A stretch of DNA of 64,000 bases from the human T2T-CHM13v2.0 reference genome, Homo sapiens (GCF_009914755.1 NC_060931.1); one strand, 5' to 3'. Counted from the stretch's first letter, positions 44,360 to 56,207 are shown. Notes: generated by a model from the letters alone, not told the origin. Made by a program: numbers and translations.

Positions 44360-44476
44360 CTGAGCACACCCCCAGTGCTCTCTCTTCCCTAGAAGAGGAC
44401 ATCTGCTCCTGGGCATTATGGGATCCTTCCCTGGGCTCACTTTGGGGGGCCATCTCTGGCTGTCCCACAGAGAATC
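44360..44476 (-). CDS. ZNF467: ZNF467 coding exon (GFSVGQPEMAPQSEPRE...LGVCS)
   Basis: gtaacag|GA acceptor, TCAG|gtaggt donor, 117 nt, phase 1-1. Confidence 0.93.
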
Positions 44477-44918
44477 CTGTTACAGGCAGAAGGATGGGTC
44501 CAAGTAAAGCATCCAGTACAGAACAAGTAATCAGAGGCGGGGGCTGTTCCCCTTCCCAGCCTGCCCAAGAGACTTTTCCCAACCTGCTCAGGAAGGACAG
44601 GGTCTCTCACCACATGGACAGGGACAGGTATCAACCTCAGTCCCTTTGAGTTGAGTCAAAAAGGACAGAAGGAAGAGATGGCATAGATGTAAATATGACT
44701 GTGCTCTGTGAGTGCTCAAGTGCACATATGGTCTAGAGCGCAGCCTCCACCATGTTCCAGGCATTCAGACACCCCGTGCTACAGAAAAGGAGGCTGACCT
44801 ACAGGCCCCTGGGGCCTCAGGGTTGCAGCCTCCTGAGGGTGGCTCTGCTGTCTGAGTTGTAGATGCCCCTGAATCCTCCTAAGCTTTTCCCCAAGTCCCT
44901 TCATTTCTGCCAGCTCAC

Positions 44919-44952
44919 CCAGGGAGCTGAGGGCCTCCAAGGTCTCTCTCAT
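44919..44952 (-). CDS. ZNF467: ZNF467 first coding segment (MRETLEALSSLG); exon spans 44919-44994
   Basis: ACC-ATG at 44952, CTGG|gtgagc donor, tcttttctccatag| acceptor at 44994. Confidence 0.92.
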
Positions 44953-45539
44953 GGTAACCCAGAGTAGCTCCTCCTGGGGATCAGGCCACAGAACCTATGG
45001 AGAAAAGACAGCCTTGTTCAGATTTTTCCCACGCCAGCTTCCACCTGGGCCCTGGCTCTGCCCAACCTCTCCCTATGGGCTCTTCCAGGAGCTCCAAAGG
45101 TGACATCCCCAGGTACAGCTGGGGGAAATTTGGGAAACTGGGTTTAGAAAGCCAAGCCAAGAGATCTTTGAAGGTGGCCCAAGAAGGCCTTGAAACGATT
45201 TCTGTCAGCTCTGGAAACCAGCCGCGCCACCCCCTCACCTGGCAGGTCTGTCACCGCCAACCCCGGCCCATCAGCACCGCAACTCCACGCCCCAGCGTCC
45301 TTGCCTGGGAAAGTGCAGGCAAGATTCGATTCTCTGGGGAGAGGCTTGAGGGTGGGAGCCCAGGGTGGGGAGTGGGAAACTTCATCTCCCAGGTCCTCCA
45401 GCTGTCACTGCCCGAGCTGGTGAAATAGGAGCCAGCCCAGGGGCGGGAGTGAGTGTCACTTTAGGGGTACTGCTTGGGGAGGTCCTCGAGAGGATCCTCT
45501 TGTAGCTAGAAAATGATCGCCTCTTCCTAAACCCCTACC

Positions 45540-48100
45540 ACAAAACCACCTCTCACCCGTGCCGGGCTGCCCAAGGCCCGGACACCGCCCCTGCTGCCCC
45601 TTCCCTGCTCCGCCTTCCGCGGCTCCCCCGCCCCTCCCCCAGCAGACTCCCCTCCCCCATCTCCCCGGCAGCCTTCCCTCTGCCCCGCCCCTCCCGCTCC
45701 CTCTGCCTTCCGCCCTCTCTCCCCTGCGAATCGGGCCGGCGCCTCGGCTCCGCCCCCGGCCCCGCCCCTCAGGCTCCGCCCGCCCGAGCCCGGCAGGGCC
45801 AACCCCTCGAGGCCCCGTCCGGGTCGGCCCTCCGCTGCCACCGCCTCCCCTGACCCTACGCTCCGGGCCGCCTCGGCGGCAGCGCTCCCCTCCCCCTCTC
45901 AGACTCCAGGCTGCCTTTCCCTACCCTCCCGGTTCTCCCCCGCTCCATCTCCCTCCCCGGCTGCACACCCTCTCCCTTCCTTTCCCCCTCCTCTTTTCCT
46001 TCCTCCCCAACCCCCGCCCTCCTCCTCTCAGCTCTTTTCCCCAACCCAGTTCTCCTCTCCCCTCCCTCCTCTCCTCCCCCACCCCGGTTTCCCTTCCTTC
46101 TCCTTTCCTCGCCTCACCTCGGTTCCCTTCCCCTCCCCCTTTCCAGCCCTCCCCCACGTCTCCCCACCGCCCTCCCCCTCCCCCCTCCCTTCTGCAGCTC
46201 TCCTTCCCCTCCGAGGCCCCCGCCTCCCTTCCCCCTCTGTCTCCCCAGCAGGCTCCAGCTTCGCTTCCCTCCCCGTCCCCAGTCCCCAGAACCGCTCTTC
46301 CCCTCCCCCCTCCCAGGCTGCTTCCCAGCTCCCGGGTCCTCCGGCCCCCAAGCCTGGGGGTCTAGGGCTGACCCGCTCTCTCGGGACCTTCCCGCGGGCC
46401 CTGCCCTCCCCACTCCGTCTCCCCTCCGAACACCCCTCCGCGCCTCTCTTCTCCGCCGCGGCGCCCCCTCCCTATTTCTGCTCCCCTCGGACTTCTCACC
46501 CCTCCCAAGTTTTCCTCCCGACGGGACCCTCAGCTCCACCTCCCTGCCCCGCCGCCCTCCCAAGCAGCTCCGATCGCCGACTTCATTCCAGGTCCCGGCC
46601 CCCTCCCCAGCTCCGGGGCTCACCTGTCAGCGCCCTCCTCTCCCGCCCCTACCGAGTGGCCCGGTCCCCAGCGCCCGCTTCTTCCTCCCCTTCCCCCTCG
46701 GCCCCCTCCCACACTCCCTCTCTCCTCCCCTCGGGGCCCGTCGTCCCCCTTCCCACCTGCCTCCCGCCCGACCCCCTCCCAGCCCCCGCCCTTCCCTCCA
46801 GCCCCCCCGGTCTCCTCTACCCCCACAGCCCTCACCCTGCCCGCGCCGGCCTTGCCCTCCCTTCCCCCCAGCCCCCGACCTCCCCCGACCCGCGCCCCTC
46901 CCCCACGCCCGCCGTCCGCGCCCCTACCCCCGGGGCTGTCACCTGCGCGGAGCCGGCCGTGACCCAACCGCGGCGCTGAGGGAGACGCGGGCGGGGCCGC
47001 CTGCAGAGGAGCCTCCCCGGCCCTTACCTGGCTGGCCGGCCGCTCCGCCCGCGCCGCGGGGACCCAGGCGCCCGGGCCTCCTGCCCCGCCGGCTCTGCTC
47101 ACAATGGCGCTCGCCGCCTGCAGCTCGGGTGCTGACGGCCTGAAAGACTGACAGACTGACAGCCCCGAAACTTCGCGGGGAGGAGAGGGATAGACGCGCG
47201 GGGAGTCGAAGCCGGGAAACGGCGCCTGCAAGGGAGGAGGGACCGAGGGAGCGGGCGGAGAGCCCCGGCGCACCGGGCTGGGGGAGGCAGGGGCAGGGGG
47301 TTTCAGGAGTGGGGTCCCAGGAGGGAGCACCGTGGGCTTAGGTGGGCAGGTGATGGTCCTAAGGCTCCGAGCCTGGAGTAGGTGTGGAAGTGGGAGCTCA
47401 GGACGGGGGAGGGGAGGGGAGGGTGATGGGAGAGGGGGTGGAGGAGGGCGAGGAGGCTGGGGAGGACAGGCACTCGGGCTGCGGGGAAGGGTGCCAAGGG
47501 AGGGTGCTCGCGGCCGCGGAGGGAGGAGCCGGGGAAAGGTGGAGCGCGAACGGGTGGGGGGGTGGCGGGGAGGAGTTGGGGGAACGAGGAGGGGCCGTGT
47601 CGGGGGGGAGCCAGCGAGTCGTGCGCTGCCGTCTCTAAGTCGCCGGTGCCAGCCGGGTGTGCAGCGCCGCGCTCCCGCGGGAGGACGGCCCGGGGGGTCG
47701 GTCTGGGAAACTCCGGCCCCGCCCCCATTCTCCACCCGGATTCCACCCCGATCCACCCAGACCCGCAGCCCCTCGCCTGGAGTCCCGAGGACCCGATTCG
47801 AAACCAGCCGCGGGAGCCGTGGGGGCAGGCGGGAGAGAGGGCTGGGCCCCTGTGCTTGCGAGAACGGGTCCTTCGAAGTAGAAACTGGGGAGAGGACTTT
47901 AAGCCAGGTCCCCTGGGAGAAGGCCGGGCCAGGTCGGGAGCTCCAGGGGGCAAGGCTGGGACGGGGCTGGGCGGAGATTCTGAGGGCGGGGTCCGGGGGA
48001 GGGTCTGGGAGGGGGCTGCAGAGAGGGGAGGGCTCTATGGGCGGGAGACGATTGCTGGGGGGCCTGCTGGCCCGGACACCACCTGGAGTTAGATGTGGAG
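45540..48100. promoter_or_regulatory. CpG island / promoter of ZNF467, between ZNF467 and SSPO
   Basis: Very high GC and CpG density, GC boxes, C-rich then G-rich halves on the + strand. Confidence 0.85.
47028..47200 (-). other. ZNF467: Probable non-coding first exon of ZNF467 (5' end approximate)
   Basis: Strong donor CAG|gtaagg at 47028/47027 within the CpG island; TSS not determinable from sequence. Confidence 0.65.
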
Positions 48101-49616
48101 GGCAGCCCTCAGCCCTCAGCCCTCAGCCCCAGCTCCTCAGGGGACTCCACTCGCCCTCCCTGCCCAGGTTACGAGGTTTCTCCTTGGCCTTGTTCCCGCT
48201 GCGCCCACTCCTGAAAGCTCCGGAGATGCTGAAGTCTGGACTGTTAGTTCCCGGTCTCCTCTCCATGAACTTTCTCCAAACCCCTGGGTTCCAGCTTCCT
48301 CCCTTCTGCCCCTTTACGGGAAAGGGTGACTGCAACTCGGGTCTCTTCCCAATCCCAGTGCTGCCTGATCAGCCCCGGTTTGAATCCAGAGCTGAGTGAG
48401 GCTGGGAAGGGGAGGGTGTGAATGGCCCTTCAGCTCCTGCTACCACAGCCCACCACAAGGATGAGTGCCTGGAAGAGCGCCCATCACTCGGGCTCAGCTG
48501 TGAAGGCTCCTCTGCCTCCAGGATGAAGGGAGCACCTGGAGTAGCATGTGTCACTGTGCGTGCTGGGGTGTGGCCGAGCACCTGTGCCGGTGTTGTGAGA
48601 CTTACAGTGAGAGTGTGCATGTGTGTAAAACAGGAAAGGGGGGTGTCTGGGTGTGCGTGTGGCTCTTTCTGAGGACTCCAGAGCAGGAGTTGATCCCAGT
48701 CATCCGTGACCCCCTGAGAGACTCACTCTGGGCCCTTTTTTGGCCCTGGGACCAATGGTGAACCCAGGAGAAGGAGAGCCCGGCCCAGCTCTGGTTAACA
48801 GCAGCCCCCTTCCTCCCCTAGGTGGAATGACTCTACAGGATACTCGGAGGGATATCAGGTTTAGGAGACCGAGGGGTGTGGAGTCGGAGCCAGGCTGCAT
48901 TCCAGCCCGGGTGTCCGGGTGTGCTCAGAGCTTTGCTGGGACCAGGGTGGACCCCGGATTCCCCTGTGGAGCCTGTCACTGCCCCTCCCAGCCGGATTCT
49001 CGGATTATTTCATCCGGCTTAGCTCTGCCCCAGGGCTGGGGGAGCTGGCTCCCCCGCCCACTCCTTCCAGAGGGTCCTCTCATTCCTCAGCATAGGCTCC
49101 CCAGTTCTAGACCCCAGAGACTCTAGGAGACCTTCGAAGAAGGAGACAGGGTGGGCCCAACCAGCCACACATAATCATCCCCAGCAAGAAACTGGACCCT
49201 GGAGAAAAGGGTACATGTTGCCCACGCATCTCCACACACTCAGGAACCCCAGCTACCCTAGAAGTGCTCCCACTCACTGCCCCCGACTCCTCAGTTTGGG
49301 CAAGAGAGGGGCGGGAGGCAGGGGAGCACCATCCAGGCAGAAGTTCAAGGCTGGAAGACCCCATCAGTCGTTTAGCCCAGGAGCTCTTAACCTTTTCATG
49401 GGGTCATGGCCCTCTTGAGAATCTAATAAAAGTATAGAACTGTCTTCAGAAAAATGTGCATATACAATTTCAAAGAATTACTGGAGTCTGAGACCTATTT
49501 GTGCATCCCTGGGAAGTCCCTGAAATTTTTACTGGGAAGGAAATTGAGGCCCAGAAATGGAGGGTGGCTTGCCCAGAGCCCCATGTTAATTTGTGGTAGT
49601 GCCTGAGAGTGTGAAA

Positions 49617-49618
<2 letters not shown>

Positions 49619-49655
<37 letters not shown>
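49619..49655. repeat. (CA)n microsatellite ~300 nt upstream of the SSPO ATG
   Basis: Read directly. Confidence 0.9.
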
Positions 49656-49657
<2 letters not shown>

Positions 49658-49941
49658 GGGAAACGGATGCACTGGAAGGGGACAGGAAGGAGACTGTTTC
49701 CAGGGAGAGCTGGCCTCTGAGGGGCTGGTGTGGCAGGTCCAATCCGGTTGTGGGCAGCTGGTGCCCTGGGGCATGAGACTGGAATAAAGCCCCCCACAGC
49801 CCCCAGAACTGGCCACTGGGCTGCGGGGAGGCTGCGTGGGGCAGGAGAGAGCACCGCTGGCCTCTCTGCCCTCTCTGCAGCATTGCCTCTCTTGAGCCCA
49901 AGCCTCACGTTCCCCAAAGGTGCCCTGGGGGTGAGGGCACC

Positions 49942-49991
49942 ATGCTACTCCCTGCCCTCCTCTTTGGGATGGCGTGGGCCCTGGCTGACGG
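49942..49991 (+). pseudogene. SSPOP: SSPO coding exon 1, signal peptide MLLPALLFGMAWALADG
   Basis: GGCACC-ATG context; GG|gtaagc donor. Confidence 0.9.
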
Positions 49992-50245
49992 GTAAGCAGC
50001 CCACCCTGGACCCCTCTGACAAGGGTCCTCCTTCTGCCGCATGCCCAGGGACCCTCTGGGGCATCAGACTCTGTGCCCCCCACCCCCGGGATCCTCCCTC
50101 CACCCCCGCCACTTCCCATGAGTGTCTCTCCCTACCTTAGCATCCTCCTTACTTCAATAACCACCCCTGGGAGTGGTGTCATAGGACAGGGCTTTTGGTG
50201 ACAGAGGGAATGGTGGCAGCAGCTGTGGTTCCCCATCATGGGCAG

Positions 50246-50428
50246 GCGGTGGTGTGAGTGGACAGAGACCATCCGTGTGGAGGAGGAAGTGGCACCCCGT
50301 CAGGAGGACCTGGTACCCTGTGCCAGCCTCGACCATTACAGCCGCCTGGGCTGGCGGCTGGACCTGCCCTGGAGTGGCCGCTCGGGGCTTACCCGGTCCC
50401 CAGCGCCTGGGCTCTGTCCTATCTACAA
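50246..50428 (+). pseudogene. SSPOP: SSPO exon 2 (EMI domain, RWCEWTET...CPIYK)
   Basis: AG/GT boundaries, 183 nt, phase 2-2. Confidence 0.9.
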
Positions 50429-50834
50429 GTGAGTAAGGGTGAGAGCCTGGGCTGTCTGCCAGGCAGGAAAGGAGTGACAGGCCGGACATCCTGAGAGTGG
50501 GGAGGCTCTGGAGGAAGCAGGCATTTGGGAAGTAGGTTTGCAGTGGGCCTGGAGAAGGGTGGAGCGTGTGAGATTAGGGTGGGGGGTGAGTGCGCGCTAC
50601 GGTGGGCAGGACAGGGAGAGGCCCGAAGCCTGCTCCTTCTACCCAACCCCCGCTCCCAATCCCCGTGGTCTGCCCTCCCAACATTATTCTCACTTTGTAT
50701 GTGGGGAAATTAAGGCCGGGGAAATGATGTGATTAGAGTAGCTGACAAAACTGAATGTCCCCAGGCCTCCCCAGGGTGGGACTGGGCTGAACGCTAACAT
50801 CTCCTCCCCGTTTCCACCTGCTTGGTGGGTGCAG

Positions 50835-50917
50835 ACCTCCAGAAACCCGGCCTGCCAAGTGGAACCGGACAGTGAGGACTTGTTGCCCAGGCTGGGGGGG
50901 CGCCCACTGCACTGAGG
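50835..50917 (+). pseudogene. SSPOP: SSPO exon 3 (PPETRP...[12 protein letters not shown])
   Basis: AG/GT boundaries, 83 nt, phase 2-1. Confidence 0.9.
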
Positions 50918-51083
50918 GTAAGCACCTGAGTGCGTTTGGGGACGCGGTACCTTCTGGGAGTCCTGGGCAGGGGATGCTAGCTCAGATCTGTGGTTTCAGG
51001 CAGAGAACCAGGGCTGGGCTGAGAGCTCCAGGCTACCCCATATTCACTGCCTGGGTCTGCCCCATCCTCCCCACCTACCGCAG

Positions 51084-51263
51084 CCCTTGCCAAAGCCAGT
51101 CCTGAAGGCCACTGCTTTGCCATGTGGCAGTGCCAGCTACAGGCAGGCTCAGCTAATGCCTCAGCAGGAAGCCTGGAGGAGTGCTGCGCCCGGCCCTGGG
51201 GACGAAGCTGGTGGGATGGCAGCTCCCAGGCCTGCCGCAGCTGCTCCAGCCGACACCTGCCAG
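51084..51263 (+). pseudogene. SSPOP: SSPO exon 4 ([11 protein letters not shown]...SRHLP)
   Basis: AG/GT boundaries, 180 nt. Confidence 0.88.
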
Positions 51264-51508
51264 GTGGGTCCACAGACTCCAGCCTGCCAGACAGGCACAG
51301 TCCTGGCCATCACCCCTTCCGCCTCCCCAGGCACTCCCATGTGGAGTTCTTGTGCTCTGGGCCCTTCTACAGGGCCCATACTGGCTCCCTGGCCCACTAG
51401 AGTGACCATGTCCTGTCTGCCTGCCTCCCGCTATGCCGGGAGCCCTGTGTCCTCACCCTTCACCTCTGCCTCACACTCAGAGGCTCACAGTTGGTGTGTC
51501 TCTCCCAG

Positions 51509-51753
51509 GCAGTGCCTCTTCTCCAGCCCTCCTGCAGCCCCTGGCAGGGGCTGTGGGCCAGCTCTGGAGCCAGCACCAGCGTCCCTCGGCCACCTGTGCC
51601 TCCTGGTCGGGCTTCCACTACCGCACCTTTGATGGCCGCCACTATCACTTCCTGGGCCGCTGCACCTACCTGCTGGCGGGTGCTGCGGACTCCACCTGGG
51701 CTGTCCACCTAACACCCGGGGACCGCTGCCCCCAGCCTGGACACTGTCAGCGG
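51509..51753 (+). pseudogene. SSPOP: SSPO exon 5 (VWD1 start, HYRTFDG)
   Basis: AG/GT boundaries, 245 nt. Confidence 0.9.
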
Positions 51754-51845
51754 GTGAGGGAGGGAGATGGGGCAGCCACAGGGAGGAGGCTGGACAGGGG
51801 AGGAAGAGAGCCCCAGCCCCCTTTTCCACTCTGCATCTCCTCAAG

Positions 51846-51945
51846 GTCCAGGTGACTATGGGACCCGAGGAGGTGCTGATCCAGGCTGGAAATGTGTCTG
51901 TGAAGGGGCAGCTGGTACCTGAAGGGCAGTCTTGGCTGCTCCACG
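51846..51945 (+). pseudogene. SSPOP: SSPO exon 6 ([10 protein letters not shown]...WLLH); alternative in-frame acceptor at 51852
   Basis: ctcaag|GTC or tccag|GTG; G|gtgaga donor. Confidence 0.85.
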
Positions 51946-52680
51946 GTGAGAGCACTGGGAGAGCAAGAGGCTGCCCAGGCCCCCACGTGCTCCTCTGACA
52001 GTCTCTCCACCCTCCAGGCAGGGTCAGAAAAGGAGCAGGGGGCTGTTTGGGAATGATCCCGCAGTGGGCCCCCAGTCATTGCTGTTGGGAGGCACTGAAG
52101 CGCAGATCCAGTGAGGGGCCGGGAGGAACCAGGCCTAGTCCCGACCCTCTGCAACTACCCCCACCAAACTCTCACAGCACCAGCTCAGACAAGTCCCTCT
52201 ACCTAACTGCCCGAGCCTCAGTTTCCCCGCCAGCCTCAGAGGAGTGCTGTGAGGTAGCACTTTGGTGCTAAGCAATGGGAAGCTCTCCTAACAGAACCTT
52301 TGTCTTGGCTGGGCTGCAGGGTGAGGTGGGGGTGAGCTTCCTGCGTGTATGCCTGTGTGTGCATGGGTGCAGTGTGTGCATGTATGTGTGCATGCATGTG
52401 TGTGCACGTGCACGTGTGTTTCATAGTTCACTTGAAGTTTACTCTCTCCAGAGAGCGTCTGCAGCTTTCATGAGCTCCTCAAAGGGAGCTGTGATGGAAA
52501 TCAATCACTCTGCTGTAAAGCATATACTTTTGGTATAAAGTGCAGAGCTCTCTAGAATGTGAGAATTGTGTGAGTTATTTCCCTTCTCCTTTCCATCCCT
52601 GGGTAGCTGAGCCCAGCTGTGGTAGTGGGAAGGGTGAGAATTGTGGCTGCAGGGGGCAAGTGACCTCTTTCTGTGCCCAG

Positions 52681-52839
52681 GGCTGAGCCTGCAATGGCTG
52701 GGGGACTGGCTGGTGCTGTCAGGAGGCCTGGGGGTCGTGGTGCGGCTGGACAGGACTGGCTCCATCTCCATCTCTGTGGACCACGAGCTCTGGGGACAGA
52801 CACAAGGCCTCTGTGGGCTCTACAATGGCTGGCCAGAGG
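52681..52839 (+). pseudogene. SSPOP: SSPO exon 7 (VWD1, GLCGLYNG)
   Basis: AG/GT boundaries, 159 nt. Confidence 0.9.
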
Positions 52840-52927
52840 GTAAGTGGGGTGTGGTTTGTTGCTGGTGTAGCAGGGAAGGGAAGACCGGAGACCCTAGACC
52901 CAGCACCCCTGCCTCACCCCTTCTCAG

Positions 52928-53007
52928 ATGACTTCATGGAGCCAGGCGGAGGGCTGGCCATGTTAGCAGCCACCTTTGGAAATTCCTGGAGGCTCCCTGG
53001 CTCGGAG
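52928..53007 (+). pseudogene. SSPOP: SSPO exon 8 (DDFMEP...[11 protein letters not shown])
   Basis: AG/GT boundaries, 80 nt. Confidence 0.9.
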
Positions 53008-53433
53008 GTGAGGCTGCCACTGGGGCCCCTCCCTCCCAGCTGCCTGCCCATTCCCAGCTTTTCAGGCTGGCTTCTGACTCCTGCACCTCCAAGCCCTTGT
53101 CCCAGTTTCATTGCTGGCCTGTTCCCTAGGACAGAGACTGGCCCTCTCCCAGATCCTCAGGGCAGAGGGCAGGCCTTGGGGTCCCACAGAAAGCCCGGCT
53201 GCCTGCTGTGAACTAGCCATCTGAGGCCAGCATTGGTGAACCAGTTAGTCATTTATCCCCACCACTGCAGCCCAGCGTGGGGCTGCCACCTCGCCTCTCT
53301 CCCCAGCCCCAGGATGTGGGCGGTGGGCCTGAAGGTGGGGCCCTGGTGCTGTGTGAGAGCAGGAGGCATTTTTCTGGGGTCCTGGTTAACGTCCCTCATC
53401 ACTGCCACCTGACCTGATGGCCTTTGTCTGCAG

Positions 53434-53586
53434 TCTGGGTGTCTGGATGCAGTGGAGGTGGCCCAGGGCTGTGACAGCCCCCTGGGGCTCATAGACGCAG
53501 ATGTAGAACCTGGCCACCTGCGGGCTGAAGCCCAGGACGTGTGCCATCAGCTGCTGGAAGGTCCATTCGGGCAGTGCCATGCCCAG
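53434..53586 (+). pseudogene. SSPOP: SSPO exon 9 (SGCLDAVEV...FGQCHAQ)
   Basis: AG/GT boundaries, 153 nt, frame open. Confidence 0.88.
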
Positions 53587-53859
53587 GTATGGGTGGGGTA
53601 GGGGTGGTGTCTGGCACCCAAGGGAAGGTGATAGAGAAGTGTCAGCAAGCTGGTCTGGCCCTGCCTGTGGGTTACTTTGGGCCATCTGTCAAACCCCCAC
53701 CTCTCCATCCTTGGCTTTATCTCTGGGAAATGGCCCGCTCATATATGTGATCTCTGAGGTTCCTTTTGGGGCTGATCCATTTGGTTATAAGTTATGGAGT
53801 GATGGAAGCAGGAGGTAGGGGGTGCTGGCTGTTTGCTGAGGGGCCGTCCTTTCCTGCAG

Positions 53860-54031
53860 GTTTCCCCTGCTGAGTACCACGAGGCCTGTCTCTTTGCCTA
53901 CTGCGCAGGGGCCATGGCAGGCAGTGGGCAAGAGGGGCGGCAGCAGGCTGTTTGTGCCACCTTTGCCAGCTATGTCCAGGCCTGTGCCAGGCGGCACATC
54001 CACATTCGCTGGAGGAAGCCTGGCTTCTGCG
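53860..54031 (+). pseudogene. SSPOP: SSPO exon 10 (C8 domain, ...WRKPGFC)
   Basis: AG/GT boundaries, 172 nt. Confidence 0.9.
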
Positions 54032-54137
54032 GTACTGCTCGGGCCTCCCCCCGCTGCAGGATTGACTGAGGGGCTCCCCACCCTGTGGGATTGACTGGGG
54101 TCTGGCGGGGGACTACAGCTCACTCCTGTGCCCACAG

Positions 54138-54378
54138 AGCGCCTGTGCCCCGGGGGCCAGCTCTACTCCGACTGCGTCTCCCTCTGCCCACCCAGCTGCG
54201 AGGCGGTGGGTCAGGGAGAGGAGGAGTCCTGCAGGGAAGAGTGTGTGAGTGGCTGTGAGTGCCCGCGAGGCCTCTTCTGGAATGGCACCCTCTGTGTGCC
54301 TGCTGCCCACTGCCCCTGCTACTACTGCCGCCAGCGCTATGTACCCGGTGACACCGTGCGCCAGCTGTGTAACCCCTG
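54138..54378 (+). pseudogene. SSPOP: SSPO exon 11 (TIL domain)
   Basis: AG/GT boundaries, 241 nt. Confidence 0.9.
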
Positions 54379-54678
54379 GTGGGTCCTTGAGCCATGCTGG
54401 GGGTTGGTGGCCAGGTGGTGCCCTTGGATCCCTCCCTTCTCTTCAACCTGCTTCCCCTAAGCCTCCAGCCCATTCTGGGTCTTCCTCTCAGAGACTGGGA
54501 CTGCTGCTGGCATGGCTGATGGCCTTGCTGGCTGACCTCTACCCCTTCAGCAGGAGGGGCTTCCACGGGAGGGGAGGAACAGGGGTTTTTGGGGGGTCAC
54601 CTCCAGCTCAGGGGTCATCTCCACCCCCTCAGGGTGGAGCTGATGCCAGAGCTCACTGTCTCACCCATGTGCCCACAG

Positions 54679-54823
54679 CGTGTGCAGGGATGGCCGCTGG
54701 CACTGTGCCCAGGCACTGTGCCCCGCCGAGTGTGCAGTGGGTGGGGACGGGCACTACCTCACCTTCGATGGGCGGAGCTACTCCTTCTGGGGTGGTCAAG
54801 GTTGCCGCTACAGCCTGGTGCAG
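54679..54823 (+). pseudogene. SSPOP: SSPO exon 12 (VWD2 start, HYLTFDG)
   Basis: AG/GT boundaries, 145 nt. Confidence 0.9.
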
Positions 54824-55419
54824 GTGGGCAGAGGACGGTCTGCTGGGGTGGCACTCTGCCACAGTAGGGGCCCTCCTAGAGGGCACAGTGGGGCTGACTG
54901 TAAGGAAACCCCTAAATAAATAAGCGAAACCCAGAGTCTTCCCAGGAAAGGCCAAGGGAGAACCAACACTGGGGGCATGGCTGTTACAGGCCTCGAGGCC
55001 TCCCGCTGGGTTCTCACCTCCTCCCCAGCTTCCCTGTGAAAGTCCCTCTGTCATCACCACTCAGCCCAGGGCCACTAACCAAAACCCATCTTCAGTCCTG
55101 TCTCTCACAGATGGGATGGGCTGAGTTTGTTATAGACTACTTCATGCAAAACAACCTCAGGGGAAATAAGAGGCCCTGCTCCCGCCCTAAACCTCCCCCA
55201 ATGAAGTGAGCTCACTTCTCAAGTTCAGGTGCAGGCCACGATTTTCGCAATCATCTGGGGTCCCCTGAGTGATCTCTCCATTGAACTATTGGACCATTCC
55301 CACTCCTCTCATAAGTAGTGATGGGGTGAGGAGGTCCTGGGAGCACAGTCCTCACAGAGGCTGTGCCTGTCCATGGGGAGGGAAGAGGACAGCCATCTCC
55401 CCCAGCAAACACAGTCAAA

Positions 55420-55503
55420 GATGCATGTGTGTACACACACTCACACACACACAGGCTGCACACCAAAACACAGCAATCTGCATGTGAGCGCGCACATGTG
55501 CAT

Positions 55504-55544
<41 letters not shown>

Positions 55545-55920
55545 CTACAAACCAACACAGAGATCTGCATGTGTACACACAGACACATACAGGCTATACA
55601 CCAACACACAGAGACTTGTATGCATCCACACACATATACATGCACCCATGTACACACTTACAGACAGACACAGACATACACATGACACACACTCATGTAT
55701 GTGCATGTAGATTTAGCATGTGTGTATACATGCACACAAACATGGGAGAACATACATATCCATAAGGAGGAAAGAGAGGAGTCATCTCACCCCAACATGC
55801 AGACACGCACTTACCTACACACACTCGTGAACATACAAACATGCACACACACCTCCACATGACACCTATGTGCACCTCCATGGCCCTGCACACACATACA
55901 CACAGACATCCACGCATGCG
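55420..55920. repeat. Degenerate (CA)/(CATG)-rich simple repeat in SSPO intron 12
   Basis: ~500 nt of alternating purine-pyrimidine sequence with a pure (CA)n core near 55508-55542. Confidence 0.85.
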
Positions 55921-56089
55921 GCCCATGGTGAGGACGAAGCCCCTTACCTGGCAGAGAGTCTGCCTGGCCGGAAGGTGGGCAGCTGCCTCCAGGTGCGTGC
56001 TGAAGGTGTTCTGTAGGGAAGGTCTCCAGAAGCCTCTCCGGAGAGGGTTGGCCCGCCGGGCCCCACTGAATTCCCCCTGCCCGCCCCAG

Positions 56090-56207
56090 GACTATGTGAA
56101 GGGACAGCTACTGATCCTACTGGAGCATGGGGCCTGCGACGCTGGGAGCTGCCTGCACGCCATCTCCGTCTCCCTGGAGGACACCCACATCCAGCTCAGG
56201 GACTCAG
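56090..56207 (+). pseudogene. SSPOP: SSPO exon 13 (DYVKGQLL...QLRDS)
   Basis: AG/GT boundaries, 118 nt. Confidence 0.9.

Noticed and set aside
45527-48399. Long Pro- or Gly-rich ORFs (268, 378, 355 aa etc.) across the CpG island
   Set aside because: Expected from stop-codon scarcity in extremely GC-rich, low-complexity DNA; non-ATG or weak starts, no domain
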